From positions 14,230-78,229 of the forward strand of contig JAXDQU010000011.1 in NCBI GenBank assembly GCA_034667685.1: a stretch of DNA of 64,000 bases, written 5' to 3'. Position numbers and translations under genes: made by a program. The notes below the pieces were generated by a model. It had not been told where the DNA came from, made no database searches, and saw nothing but the letters and a program-made list of their open reading frames with translations. Below, one piece after another: positions 9,807-18,297 of the stretch (position 1 is the first letter of the stretch; every line of letters starts with the position of its first letter). Source of the DNA: Thermoplasmata archaeon. Lineage in GTDB: Archaea > Thermoplasmatota > SW-10-69-26 > JACQPN01 > JAJPHT01.

Positions 9807-10265
9807 GTGACGGGCGATTGCCGAAGCACGATCGGCGAGATCCTCGACGCGTCGATCCGGGTCCAGCGGATCCTGGGCCGTGGGCTCTACGAGCATCCCT
9901 ATCGCGATGCCCTCAGCCACGAGCTTGTGAAGCGCGGGCACCAGGTGGAGCGCGAGGTCGCGTTCTCGGCCTTCTATGAGGACTTGATCCTACATCGGGC
10001 ATTTCGGGCTGACCTTCTCGTTGACGGTCGAGTCATCGTCGAGCTGAAAGCGGTTGACCGGCTCGCCCCCATCCACTTCGCGCAAGCTCGCACCTACCTC
10101 CGTTTCAGCGGATGCGCGGCGGTCGTTCTCGTCAACTTCCACGCGCCCCGGATCATCGATGGCTTCTTTCCAATCCACTCCGATTCGCTCTTTCCCCTTC
10201 CTGTGCCGTCGGCTTCCCCGGGCGTGACCGAAGAAGCATCGGTCGAATCATCTCGCAAAGGCTAA
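9807..10265 (+). CDS. GxxExxY protein (PD-(D/E)XK nuclease superfamily)
   Basis: LGRGLYEHPY, FRADLLVDGRVIVELKAV, HFAQARTYL, LVNF. Confidence 0.9.
   Translation: MTGDCRSTIGEILDASIRVQRILGRGLYEHPYRDALSHELVKRGHQVEREVAFSAFYEDLILHRAFRADLLVDGRVIVELKAVDRLAPIHFAQARTYLRFSGCAAVVLVNFHAPRIIDGFFPIHSDSLFPLPVPSASPGVTEEASVESSRKG
10188..10229 (-). repeat. Right inverted repeat of the GxxExxY element
   Basis: Reverse complement of the 9714-9750 repeat; lies in the non-conserved C-terminal tail of the ORF. Confidence 0.8.
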
Positions 10266-10297
10266 GCCTGCCTGACACGCAGACACCCCTGGCCAAT

Positions 10298-11350
10298 ATG
10301 GCGACCCCCGCGCCGCGTGACGCGACGAGGTGGGGCGCCCCGTCGATCGCGGATGGCCTCTCCTTCACGGACTCCCGCGCGGTCCACGTCATCACGCGCG
10401 GCAACGTGGACGGCATCGTCTCGTCCTCGTTCTGCTTCGCGGTGCACCCCGACGCGCGCGTGAGCTACGTGCCCAGCGCGACCAGCGCCGTCGAGCTCCT
10501 CAGGAAGGACCTCAGCGCGCGGCACTTCTACCTCATCGACGTGGGCCTGACGCCCAAGCTCATCAAGACGCTCAACGCGAAGGCCAAGTCCGGCGCGCGC
10601 GTCACGCTCATCGACCACCACCAGACGAGCCTCATCCACGCGCACGAGCTTTCGACCGAGGTCGAGGTCGTGCTGGGCGACGCGGGCAGCGCGGCCGGCG
10701 CGGCGCTGGACCACTTCATCGCGCGCGGGATGCTCGCGCCCACCGCGGAGCTGACGCGCCTGGCCGCGATCGCCGACATCGTGGAGTACGGCACCTCCAA
10801 CCACCTCGACGCGGCGATGCACGCGCACGGCTTCGAGCGGCTGGAGGAGGAGGCCGAGCACCTCGACTTCGCGTGGCGCCTCGAGATCGAGGACGACCGC
10901 TTCCGCGCGAACACGAGCCGCCGGCTGGCGAAGGGGCTCTGGCCCAGCGAGGTCAGCGACGTCAAGTCGCGCTACCTCACCATGCTCAACGAGAACCGCT
11001 GGCTCAAGGCGCAGGAGCGCGTCCGCAGCCGGCTCGTCGTGCGCAACGAGGTCGCGCTGCTCCACTTCGGCAAGCGCAAGCCCAGCCTGCTCGGGTTCGG
11101 CACGCGCGCCCTCACCAGCGTCGCGCGCGAGGAAGGCGCCAAGGTCGCGGTGCTCGTCAACCGGCGCGGAAACCTCGCCTCGGTGGCGCTGCGCGCGACG
11201 GGCGACACGCGCATGAACCTCGGCCTCTTCGTCGAGGAGTTCACGCGCGAGCATGGCATCGTCGGAGGCGGCCATCCGACCTCCGCGGGGGCGAAGATCA
11301 ACTCGCGCTCGCTGCCGCTGTTCCTCGACGAGATCTTCCTGAGCGCCTAG
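10298..11350 (+). CDS. DHH/DHHA1 family phosphoesterase-like protein
   Basis: NVDG, IDVG, IDHH, AAIAD and C-terminal GGGHPTSAG motifs. Confidence 0.75.
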   Translation: MATPAPRDATRWGAPSIADGLSFTDSRAVHVITRGNVDGIVSSSFCFAVHPDARVSYVPSATSAVELLRKDLSARHFYLIDVGLTPKLIKTLNAKAKSGARVTLIDHHQTSLIHAHELSTEVEVVLGDAGSAAGAALDHFIARGMLAPTAELTRLAAIADIVEYGTSNHLDAAMHAHGFERLEEEAEHLDFAWRLEIEDDRFRANTSRRLAKGLWPSEVSDVKSRYLTMLNENRWLKAQERVRSRLVVRNEVALLHFGKRKPSLLGFGTRALTSVAREEGAKVAVLVNRRGNLASVALRATGDTRMNLGLFVEEFTREHGIVGGGHPTSAGAKINSRSLPLFLDEIFLSA

Positions 11351-11404
11351 CGTGCGCATTCGTTCGGCCGGGGCGCCAGCACGGTTAACACCCTGGCGCC
11401 GCGA

Positions 11405-12310
11405 GTGCCCCGCGTGCCCGATCCCGAGCGGCTTCCGACGCGCGACCTGCTGCTCGTGCTGGCCGTCGTCGCGCTCTGGGGGTTCAACTTCGTGCCCATC
11501 CGCTGGGCGCTCGACGAGGTGCCGCCGCTGGCGCTGGCCTCGCTGCGCTTCCTCCTCGCCGCCGTGCCGCTCGTCTTCCTGGTGAAGCGTCCCGCCGCGC
11601 CGGCCTGGAGCGTCGTCGCGTACGGACTCGCGATCGGCGTCGGGCAGTTCGGGCTCCTCTTCCTGGGCATCGCGGTGGGCATGCCCGCGGGGCTCGCGTC
11701 GCTCGTCGCGCAGGCGCAGGTGTTCCTGACGATCGGCCTGGCCGCGTGGCTCCTGCGCGACCGCGTCGCGCCCAGGCAAGCGCTCGGCGCGCTCGTCGCC
11801 GCGTCCGGGCTCGCGCTGCTCGTGGGCGCGAAGCTCGCCTCCGGGGCGCGGGCCACCGCGCTCGGGCTCGCGCTCTGCCTGCTGGCCGCGCTCTCGTGGG
11901 CCATCGGCAACGTCGTCGCCAAGCACGCCGCGCGCGCCCGCGCTGCCGATGCGCCGCCGCTCGACATGTTCGCGCTCGTCGTCTGGTCGAGCCTCGTCGC
12001 GCCCGTCCCGCTCGCCGTCCTGTCGTTCCTCTTCGAGGGCGGCCTCGCGCCGCTCCACGCGATCGCGTCGATGAGCCCGCGCGCCTGGGCGAGCACGCTC
12101 TTCATGGCGTGGGGCGCGACGCTCTTCGGCTTCGCGGCGTGGAACCGCCTGCTGCACCGCCACCCGACGGGACGCATCGCGCCCTTCGCGCTGCTCATTC
12201 CGATCGCGGGCCTCACGAGCGCGTGGCTCGTGCTGGGCGAGGCGCTTTCGTGGCTCGATGCCGGCGCGGGCGCGCTCGTGCTCGCGGGGCTGGCGCTCAC
12301 GGTCCTCTGA
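11405..12310 (+). CDS. EamA/DMT family exporter
   Basis: LWGFNFVPIR, GVGQFGLLF, GMPAGLASLVAQ, APFALLIP; about 10 TM segments. Confidence 0.9.
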   Translation: MPRVPDPERLPTRDLLLVLAVVALWGFNFVPIRWALDEVPPLALASLRFLLAAVPLVFLVKRPAAPAWSVVAYGLAIGVGQFGLLFLGIAVGMPAGLASLVAQAQVFLTIGLAAWLLRDRVAPRQALGALVAASGLALLVGAKLASGARATALGLALCLLAALSWAIGNVVAKHAARARAADAPPLDMFALVVWSSLVAPVPLAVLSFLFEGGLAPLHAIASMSPRAWASTLFMAWGATLFGFAAWNRLLHRHPTGRIAPFALLIPIAGLTSAWLVLGEALSWLDAGAGALVLAGLALTVL

Positions 12311-12344
12311 CATCTTCAAGCAGGCCCGGCGCGTTCGCGCGGCG

Positions 12345-12959
12345 ATGCCGTCCTACTTCACGAAGGACACGCTCGCGTTCCTCAAGGAGCTGGAGAAGCA
12401 CAACAACAAGGCGTGGTTCGAGAAGAACAAGCCGCGCTACGAGGAGCACGTGAAGGAGCCCAGCGCGCGCTTCGCGGCGGCCGTCGGGACGAAGCTCAAG
12501 CTGGAGCCCAACGTCATGCGCATCTACCGCGACACGCGCTTCTCGCGCGACAAGTCGCCCTACAAGACCAACGTCGGCATCGGCTTCGGCCACGGCAAGG
12601 CGGTCACGGCGCCCGGCTACTTCCTGCACGCGGGCCCGGGCGAGAGCGCCATCCACGCCGGCATCTGGCACCCCGAGCCGCCGGTGCTATCACGCATCCG
12701 CGAAGGGATCGTCGCCAAGCCCGCGGCGTGGAAGAAGGCGCGCGCCGTCGGGCTCTCCGAGGACGAGGAGAAGCTCAAGCGCCCGCCACGCGGCGTCCCG
12801 CTCGACCACCCGTACGCCGAGGACCTGAAACGCAAGTCCTTCACCGCCGGCATCGCGTTCAAGGACGCTGATATCACCGCGCCCGACTTTGACAAGACGT
12901 TCCTCGCCGCGGCGAAGAAGCTCGCGCCCCTCAACGACTTCCTCTCGAAGGTGGTCTGA
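12345..12959 (+). CDS. DUF2461 family protein
   Basis: FLKELEKHNNKAWF, RIYRDTRFSRDKSPYKT, LKRPPRG...DHP...DLKRKSF. Confidence 0.9.
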   Translation: MPSYFTKDTLAFLKELEKHNNKAWFEKNKPRYEEHVKEPSARFAAAVGTKLKLEPNVMRIYRDTRFSRDKSPYKTNVGIGFGHGKAVTAPGYFLHAGPGESAIHAGIWHPEPPVLSRIREGIVAKPAAWKKARAVGLSEDEEKLKRPPRGVPLDHPYAEDLKRKSFTAGIAFKDADITAPDFDKTFLAAAKKLAPLNDFLSKVV

Positions 12960-13694
12960 GTGCTGCGCTGGGACGACCTGACGATGGCCGACTTCAAGGA
13001 GAAGGTCGGCTCGCGCACCGTCGCCATCTGGCCCATCGGGATCCTGGAGGCGCACGGCCCGCACCTGCCGCTCGCGACCGACGCCATCCAGGCCGAGTGG
13101 GGCTGCGAGAAGCTCGCGCAGCGCGAGGGCACGCTGCTGCTGTCACCGATGCGCTTCGGCAACGGCGTCGCCACCGCGCCCTACGCCGGCACGATCTCGC
13201 TCAAGTTCGACACGATCCGCGCGCTGGCCTACGACGTGATGGACGAGATGGGGCGCCAGGGCGTGACGCGGGCGATGGTGGTGTCCGGCCATTTGGGCGC
13301 CGACCACGTGCGCGCGCTCCGCCTCGCGGCCGAGGACGTCGTCGCCAAGCGCCCCGCGATGAAGCTCGCGGTGCTCTCCGACTGGGAGATCGTCTACGAG
13401 CTGCGCGGCAAGCCGGGATGGGAGGAGATCCCGCTGGAGGACGGGCACGCCGGCACGCTGGAGACCTCGCGCATGCTGGCGATCGCGCCCGAGCTTTGCA
13501 GGATGGAGCGCGCGCCGCCGTTCATCCCGAAGGCGCCGATCCCCGAGTTCCTCGTGACGACGGGCCTGGAGAAGCACTACCCCGAGGCGGTGCTGGGCGG
13601 CGACGCGCGCAAGGCGACTGCGGCGTTGGGGCACCGGGTCAACGAGCACGTGCTGCGGCGGATGAACGGAATCCTGGATTCCCTGACGCGGTGA
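12960..13694 (+). CDS. Creatininase family amidohydrolase
   Basis: PIGILEAHGPHLPLATD, SGHLG, GHAGTLETS. Confidence 0.9.
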   Translation: MLRWDDLTMADFKEKVGSRTVAIWPIGILEAHGPHLPLATDAIQAEWGCEKLAQREGTLLLSPMRFGNGVATAPYAGTISLKFDTIRALAYDVMDEMGRQGVTRAMVVSGHLGADHVRALRLAAEDVVAKRPAMKLAVLSDWEIVYELRGKPGWEEIPLEDGHAGTLETSRMLAIAPELCRMERAPPFIPKAPIPEFLVTTGLEKHYPEAVLGGDARKATAALGHRVNEHVLRRMNGILDSLTR

Positions 13695-13724
13695 GTCGAG
13701 CGCGGGGCAAACCAGAGCCGGGGA

Positions 13725-13827
13725 CGTGACCCCTGAAAGAAAACGAGAACGCCCGCCAACCCGAGAACCCGAGTTGGGCCAGCGGGTTCGCGGGTTTTCG
13801 GGTCCTCGGGTTTCGGATGGGGTCACG
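13725..13827. repeat. Imperfect intergenic palindrome built from ~8-bp units
   Basis: CGTGACCCC...GGGGTCACG ends; internal (A)ACCCGAG units versus TTCGCGGG/TTTTCGGG/TCCTCGGG. Confidence 0.6.
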
Positions 13828-13921
13828 CTTTCCCGGCATGACTTCCGGCGATTCGGCCCGCTCCGGTCCTTCGGCTACCACCCGACAGACGCTTCATGTA
13901 GCCCCTGCGGATTCAACGGTC

Positions 13922-14197
13922 GTGGTCATCCGCGCGATCAAGCGTCTCTTCGGCGGCTCCGAAGGCCCGGCGGGCATGTCGCCCGAGCAGGCCGAGATCC
14001 GCCTCAAGGGGCTCAAGGCCCAGCTCACCAAGAACAAGTCCGAGGCCAAGCGCCTCAGCAGCGAGAGCAACCTCGCCAAGAACCTCAGCGCGGAGAAGAA
14101 GGCCGCCAACAAGGCGCGCCTCAAGGAGCTGGAGTCCGAGCGCAAGGACGTCCTGCGCGAGATGAAGGCGCTCCAGAAGCGCCTCCCGAAAAAGTAG
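13922..14197 (+). CDS. Small basic coiled-coil hypothetical protein
   Basis: Lys/Glu-rich heptads and strong codon bias; GTG start inferred. Confidence 0.6.
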   Translation: MVIRAIKRLFGGSEGPAGMSPEQAEIRLKGLKAQLTKNKSEAKRLSSESNLAKNLSAEKKAANKARLKELESERKDVLREMKALQKRLPKK

Positions 14198-14247
14198 CGG
14201 CGATTCCCGGACAACGCTCAAGTATCGGCGGCGCGCATCGCGGGAGC

Positions 14248-14472
14248 ATGCGCCTCTCCGCCGTGATCCGGAAAGAAGGCGACCTGTTCTCGGCCTGGTG
14301 TCCCGAGCTCGACGTGGCGAGCCAAGGCGCCAGCGAATCCGAAGCCCTTGCGAACCTGAAGGAGGCCGTCGAGCTCTACCTTGAGGACGACGACGCGGTC
14401 GCCCCCGCTCAGGCGCGGCTGACCACCTTCGAGGTCAACCATGGCGACGCGCCGGGTCGTGTCCGCGCGTGA
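14248..14472 (+). CDS. hicB: HicB family antitoxin
   Basis: AVIRKEGDLFSAWCPELDVASQG...EALANLKEAVELYLE. Confidence 0.85.
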   Translation: MRLSAVIRKEGDLFSAWCPELDVASQGASESEALANLKEAVELYLEDDDAVAPAQARLTTFEVNHGDAPGRVRA

Positions 14473-14671
14473 GCTGCTGCGCGTCCTGCGCTCCTTGGGA
14501 TTCGAGGTCGTCGGCCGCAAGGGAAGCCACATCCGGCTGAAGCGCCGCGATCCTTCGCCCACGCGCGTCGTCGTGATGCCAGATCACGCGGAGATCGCGC
14601 CCGGCACGCTCGCATCCATCCTGCGCCAGGCAGGGCTCACGCGCGAAGATCTCGACGAGCGCCTGCGTTGA
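14441..14671 (+). CDS. hicA: HicA family mRNA interferase toxin
   Basis: LRSLGF...RKGSHIRL...VVMPDH.EIAPGTLASILRQAG. Confidence 0.9.
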   Translation: MATRRVVSARELLRVLRSLGFEVVGRKGSHIRLKRRDPSPTRVVVMPDHAEIAPGTLASILRQAGLTREDLDERLR

Positions 14672-14722
14672 CGTGCTGCGACCTCCGGATAACGCTCAAG
14701 CCTGGCACGCCCACCCCCGGGC

Positions 14723-15313
14723 GTGCGCGCGCCCCTCCATCCTGACCTCGCCGTCGTCCTCGCGGCTTCGGTCGCCGTCGTTGTTCTCCTCGCCGTCTCG
14801 CTCGGGACCGCGCCGGCCGCCATCGCCGCGAAGGACGCGCCGCTCCACGATGGTCAGCGCGTGCGCCTCGACGCGCGCGTGCTCGCCGCCAGCGGATCGG
14901 CGCGCGGGCTGCGGCTCGTGGTCGCCGACGACACGGCCCGCCTCACCGTGCTCGGGCAGGCGGGCCTCGCGCAGCCGCAGCCGGGCGACCGCGTGCGCCT
15001 CGTGGGGCTCGTGGCGCAGCTCAGCGACGGGCTTGGGCTCTCCGCCGAGACGATCACGGTGACGCAGCGCGCCGCCACGCAGCCGATCGACCCCGCGCAG
15101 GTGGCCCGGCAGCCGCAGCTCTACGAGGGCGCGCGCGTGCTGCTCCGCGGCGAGGCGCGGGACGGCGCGTTGGCGGGCGGCGGCGCGCGCATGCTGCTAT
15201 CAGGCCTCGCGCCTCCCGCGCCGGGAAGCTGGCTCGCGGCGGGGACGGTCTTCTATGACACGGCGCACGCGGCGTACGAGCTGCGGGTGGACGCGTGGAG
15301 CCGGCCCTCCTGA
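14723..15313 (+). CDS. Membrane-anchored OB-fold protein
   Basis: N-terminal TM, then GQRVRL..RV...VADDTA..PGDRVRLVG pattern; a second similar repeat follows. Confidence 0.55.
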   Translation: MRAPLHPDLAVVLAASVAVVVLLAVSLGTAPAAIAAKDAPLHDGQRVRLDARVLAASGSARGLRLVVADDTARLTVLGQAGLAQPQPGDRVRLVGLVAQLSDGLGLSAETITVTQRAATQPIDPAQVARQPQLYEGARVLLRGEARDGALAGGGARMLLSGLAPPAPGSWLAAGTVFYDTAHAAYELRVDAWSRPS

Positions 15314-16584
15314 TCGCGGCGCTGGCGGGCGCGCTCGCCGGCCTCGCCGCCTCCGCGATCCCCGGCCTGCACGTGAACGGCCTCGCGGCGCTGGCCCTCG
15401 CGCTCGCGTCCTCCGCCGGCGCGCCCGGCCAGGCGTTCCTCGTGGCGGCCTTCGCGGCGAGCCCGTTCGGCGGCGCGCTGCCCGGCACGTTCGTGGGCGC
15501 CAGCGGCGAGGAGGGCGCGCTCGCCTCGCTCCCCGCGCACGCGCTGGCCCGCGAAGGGCGCGGCGTCGAGGCCGTCGCGCTCCAGGCGTGGGGCGCGTTC
15601 GCGGGCATCCTCGTCGCGTTGCCCCTCGCCCTCGCCGCGCTTCCGCTCTTCGCGTGGCTCGGGCCGAAGCTCGGCACGGGGGCCCCGTGGCTCGCGATCG
15701 CCATCCTCGCGCTGCTCGTCGCCATCGAGCCCGCGCGCCCGAAGGTCCATCGCCGCGCGCTGCCCACGCCGCTGCGCGAGCGGGGCCGGCTCGTCACGCA
15801 CGAGCGCGTCGAAGGCCCGCTCTCGCCCTGGGCCGGCCGCGCGCTGGCCCTCCTGGTCGTCGTGCTAGCAGGCGCGCTGGGCTGGGCCGCGCTGCGCCTG
15901 GGCGCCGCCTCCCCGCTCGGCCTTCCCGCGACCCCGCTCCTTCCGCTCCTCGCGGGCCTCTTCGCCGCGCCCGAGCTGCTCGCCGCCGCGCGGGCCCGCA
16001 AGCCCGGCCCCCGCGCGGCCCTGCGCGCCCTCCCGCCGCGCGGCCTGCTGCGCAACGCGATTCCCGGCGCCGCCGCCTCGTGCGTCGAAGGGCTCGTGCC
16101 CGCCGTCTCGCCCTCCATGGCGGCGATGCTCACGCCGCGCGCTGGCACGACCGAAGGCCGGCTCGTGCGCCTCGCGGCGGTGAACGGGGGCGGCGTCGTG
16201 TTCACGCTCCTGGCGTGGCACGCCTTCGGCCGCGCGCGGAGCGGCGCCCTCGTCGCGGCGCAGGCGATGGGCCCCGCGCCGAGCGACCTCGCGGCAGAGG
16301 CGCTCCGGGTCGTGCTGGCCGCAGCGATCGCGTGCCTGCTCGTCCGCGCGCTCTCGATGCCGGTCGCCCGCGCCTGCGCGCGCGTGGGCATCGCGCGCTG
16401 GGCGGTCGGCGGCCTCGCGCTGGTGGCGCTCTCCACGCTCGCCTTCGCGGGGTGGCTGGGGGCGCTCGACCTCGCGGCCGCGACGATCGTGGGGCTCGTG
16501 CCGCGCCGCCTTGGCGTGCGCAGGACGCTCGGCATGGCCGCGCTGCTCGTGCCGATCGCCCTGCGGGGGTTCGGCGTGGGATAG
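15295..16584 (+). CDS. Archaeal TctA-like (DUF112) permease
   Basis: IPGLHVN, PGTFVGA, SLPAHAL..EGRG, PLLAGLFA, GRARSG motifs. Confidence 0.75.
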   Translation: MEPALLIAALAGALAGLAASAIPGLHVNGLAALALALASSAGAPGQAFLVAAFAASPFGGALPGTFVGASGEEGALASLPAHALAREGRGVEAVALQAWGAFAGILVALPLALAALPLFAWLGPKLGTGAPWLAIAILALLVAIEPARPKVHRRALPTPLRERGRLVTHERVEGPLSPWAGRALALLVVVLAGALGWAALRLGAASPLGLPATPLLPLLAGLFAAPELLAAARARKPGPRAALRALPPRGLLRNAIPGAAASCVEGLVPAVSPSMAAMLTPRAGTTEGRLVRLAAVNGGGVVFTLLAWHAFGRARSGALVAAQAMGPAPSDLAAEALRVVLAAAIACLLVRALSMPVARACARVGIARWAVGGLALVALSTLAFAGWLGALDLAAATIVGLVPRRLGVRRTLGMAALLVPIALRGFGVG

Positions 16585-16596
16585 GAAGGAGACTTT

Positions 16597-16878
16597 ATGG
16601 ATACGAATGACATACGGATGCATTGTCTCCATGCGAACGGCAAGCTCGTGGACATCAGCAAGCACGCGGCGAACGCCATGCAGAACGAGCGCCCGCCCCT
16701 CACGCCCTTCGACGTGGTCGACGCGCTGGAGCAGCCCGACCTCGTCGCCGTCGACGGCCCGCGCCGCGCGGCGTGGAAGCGCGTCGGCGGGAGATCGCTG
16801 ATCGTCCGCTACCTGGAGACCCAGGAGGAATATGATGTCCGAACCGTCTCGTGCACCCGCGCGCGGCCTCCGCTGTAA
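16597..16878 (+). CDS. DUF4258-like putative toxin (RelE/BrnT-like)
   Basis: ISKHAANAM..E...DVVDALEQPD...LIVRY...VRTV; paralog at 59221. Confidence 0.55.
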   Translation: MDTNDIRMHCLHANGKLVDISKHAANAMQNERPPLTPFDVVDALEQPDLVAVDGPRRAAWKRVGGRSLIVRYLETQEEYDVRTVSCTRARPPL

Positions 16879-17236
16879 CCTCCACGACGCGCCCGTCCCG
16901 ATGGAGGACGCCATCGTCACGCTGCAGTTCCCGGGCGGCACGCTTCCCGTCCGCGGCGGGCGCTGCCCGATCGACGGCGACGAGAAGATCCGCGGCGAGG
17001 ACCTCGTCGATGCCCAGGCGCTCGCGCACGAGCTTGGCCTCTACGGCCTCGAGGGCGCGGTGGAGCGCAAGATCGGCACCACCGGCACGAGCGCGTCGGT
17101 GACGCTCCCGCCCGACCTCCTGGCGCGCCTCGGCCTCAAGCCCGGCTCCGTCGTCGAGATCGGCGCGGCGGGCGAGGCGCTCGTGATCCGGAAGGCGCGC
17201 CCTCAGAAGCCCAAGAGGCGCCGCACGTCGCGATAG
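16832..17236 (+). CDS. Putative antitoxin: Zn-ribbon-like N-terminus plus AbrB/MazE domain
   Basis: CNLH...RCPIDGDE, then RKIGTTGTSASVTLP...LGLKPGSVVEI. Confidence 0.65.
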   Translation: MMSEPSRAPARGLRCNLHDAPVPMEDAIVTLQFPGGTLPVRGGRCPIDGDEKIRGEDLVDAQALAHELGLYGLEGAVERKIGTTGTSASVTLPPDLLARLGLKPGSVVEIGAAGEALVIRKARPQKPKRRRTSR

Positions 17237-17991
17237 CTTTTCGCGACGGCATCCGGCGGGTGCTCGTCGGCCGCCGTGTCGGGGACGTCGCGCCCCTCGC
17301 AGAAGAGGATCGTGCGGAACCCGACGGCCTTGGCCGGCATGTCGAAGACGCGCGCGTCGCCCACCATCACGCAACGCTCGGGCGCCACGCCGGCGGACCG
17401 CGCCGCGGCCAGGAAGATCGACGGATCGGGCTTCGCGGCGCCGAACTCGCCCGAGACGAAGACGCGCGGCTCCTCGAAGAACTCGCGGTAGCCGATCGCC
17501 TCCAGCTTGGGGCGCTGGACCTTCGTGGGGCCGTTGGTGATGACGCCCAGCGTCCGCGCCTTGCGCAGGTCGGCGAGCAGCTCCCGCGCGCCGGGGTAGA
17601 TCGCGGCGCGCCACTGCTGCGCGCGCGTGCGGTCGAACTCGGTCGTGATCCGCTCGACGAGGAGATCGTGCGGGTCGGCGCCGCCAGGTGCCGATAGGCC
17701 GGACCGGAGTCCGGCCGTGTCGAGGCCAAGGTTGGCGAGCGCGCCGGCCCACATCGTGCGGCGGAAGAGGTCCGGGTCGCGGTTGATCAGCTCGCGCTTC
17801 GCGTGCTCGCCCATGCCGTGGTAGTGCGACCAGTACGCCTCGGCGAGCGCGTCGAGGGTGTGCCGCGCGAAGACGTCGCGGAACGTGGCGTGCAGGTGGG
17901 CGAACGCGAGCGCCATGCTGCGGTCGAAGTCGTAGAGCGTGTCGTCCACGTCGAAGAAGATCGCGTCCGCGTCCGCGAGCCCGGGGGCCAC
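17203..17991 (-). CDS. HAD superfamily hydrolase
   Basis: FFDVDDTLYD, ITNG, KPDPSIF, MVGD. Confidence 0.9.
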   Translation of the reverse strand: MAPGLADADAIFFDVDDTLYDFDRSMALAFAHLHATFRDVFARHTLDALAEAYWSHYHGMGEHAKRELINRDPDLFRRTMWAGALANLGLDTAGLRSGLSAPGGADPHDLLVERITTEFDRTRAQQWRAAIYPGARELLADLRKARTLGVITNGPTKVQRPKLEAIGYREFFEEPRVFVSGEFGAAKPDPSIFLAAARSAGVAPERCVMVGDARVFDMPAKAVGFRTILFCEGRDVPDTAADEHPPDAVAKSYRDVRRLLGF

Positions 17992-18173
17992 GCGGGGCGA
18001 TGGGCCCCTCCGCCCGAAAAAGGGTTCGCCAGCCGGCCGACGACCAGGCCCGGGCGCGCCGACGCGCGACGGCGCGACAACCCTCCACCCGCCAGACCTC
18101 CCACCCCAGGAAATTCACAAGAATCATCTAATACCCAGAAGGCCACCGCAGCCTGGGATCGGAGGCATTGGAC

Positions 18174-18296
18174 ATGCTGGAGTCGATCGTCCTGGGCATC
18201 GTGGTGGTCATGGCTGTCGCGGCCCTCGCGCTCGCCATCTTCGTCCTCGTCCTGGCGCGCCACATCCTGCGCGAGGAGACGGGCGTCCGGCGTTAG
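18174..18296 (+). CDS. 40-aa single-TM small protein (not in the ORF track)
   Basis: GGAGG at 18161-18165, ATG at 18174, MLESIVLGIVVVMAVAALALAIFVLVLARHILREETGVRR*. Confidence 0.6.
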   Translation: MLESIVLGIVVVMAVAALALAIFVLVLARHILREETGVRR

Positions 18297-18297
18297 C

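Noticed and set aside
14248-14671. hicBA as a novelty
   Set aside because: An ordinary, well-known TA family; reported as a feature only
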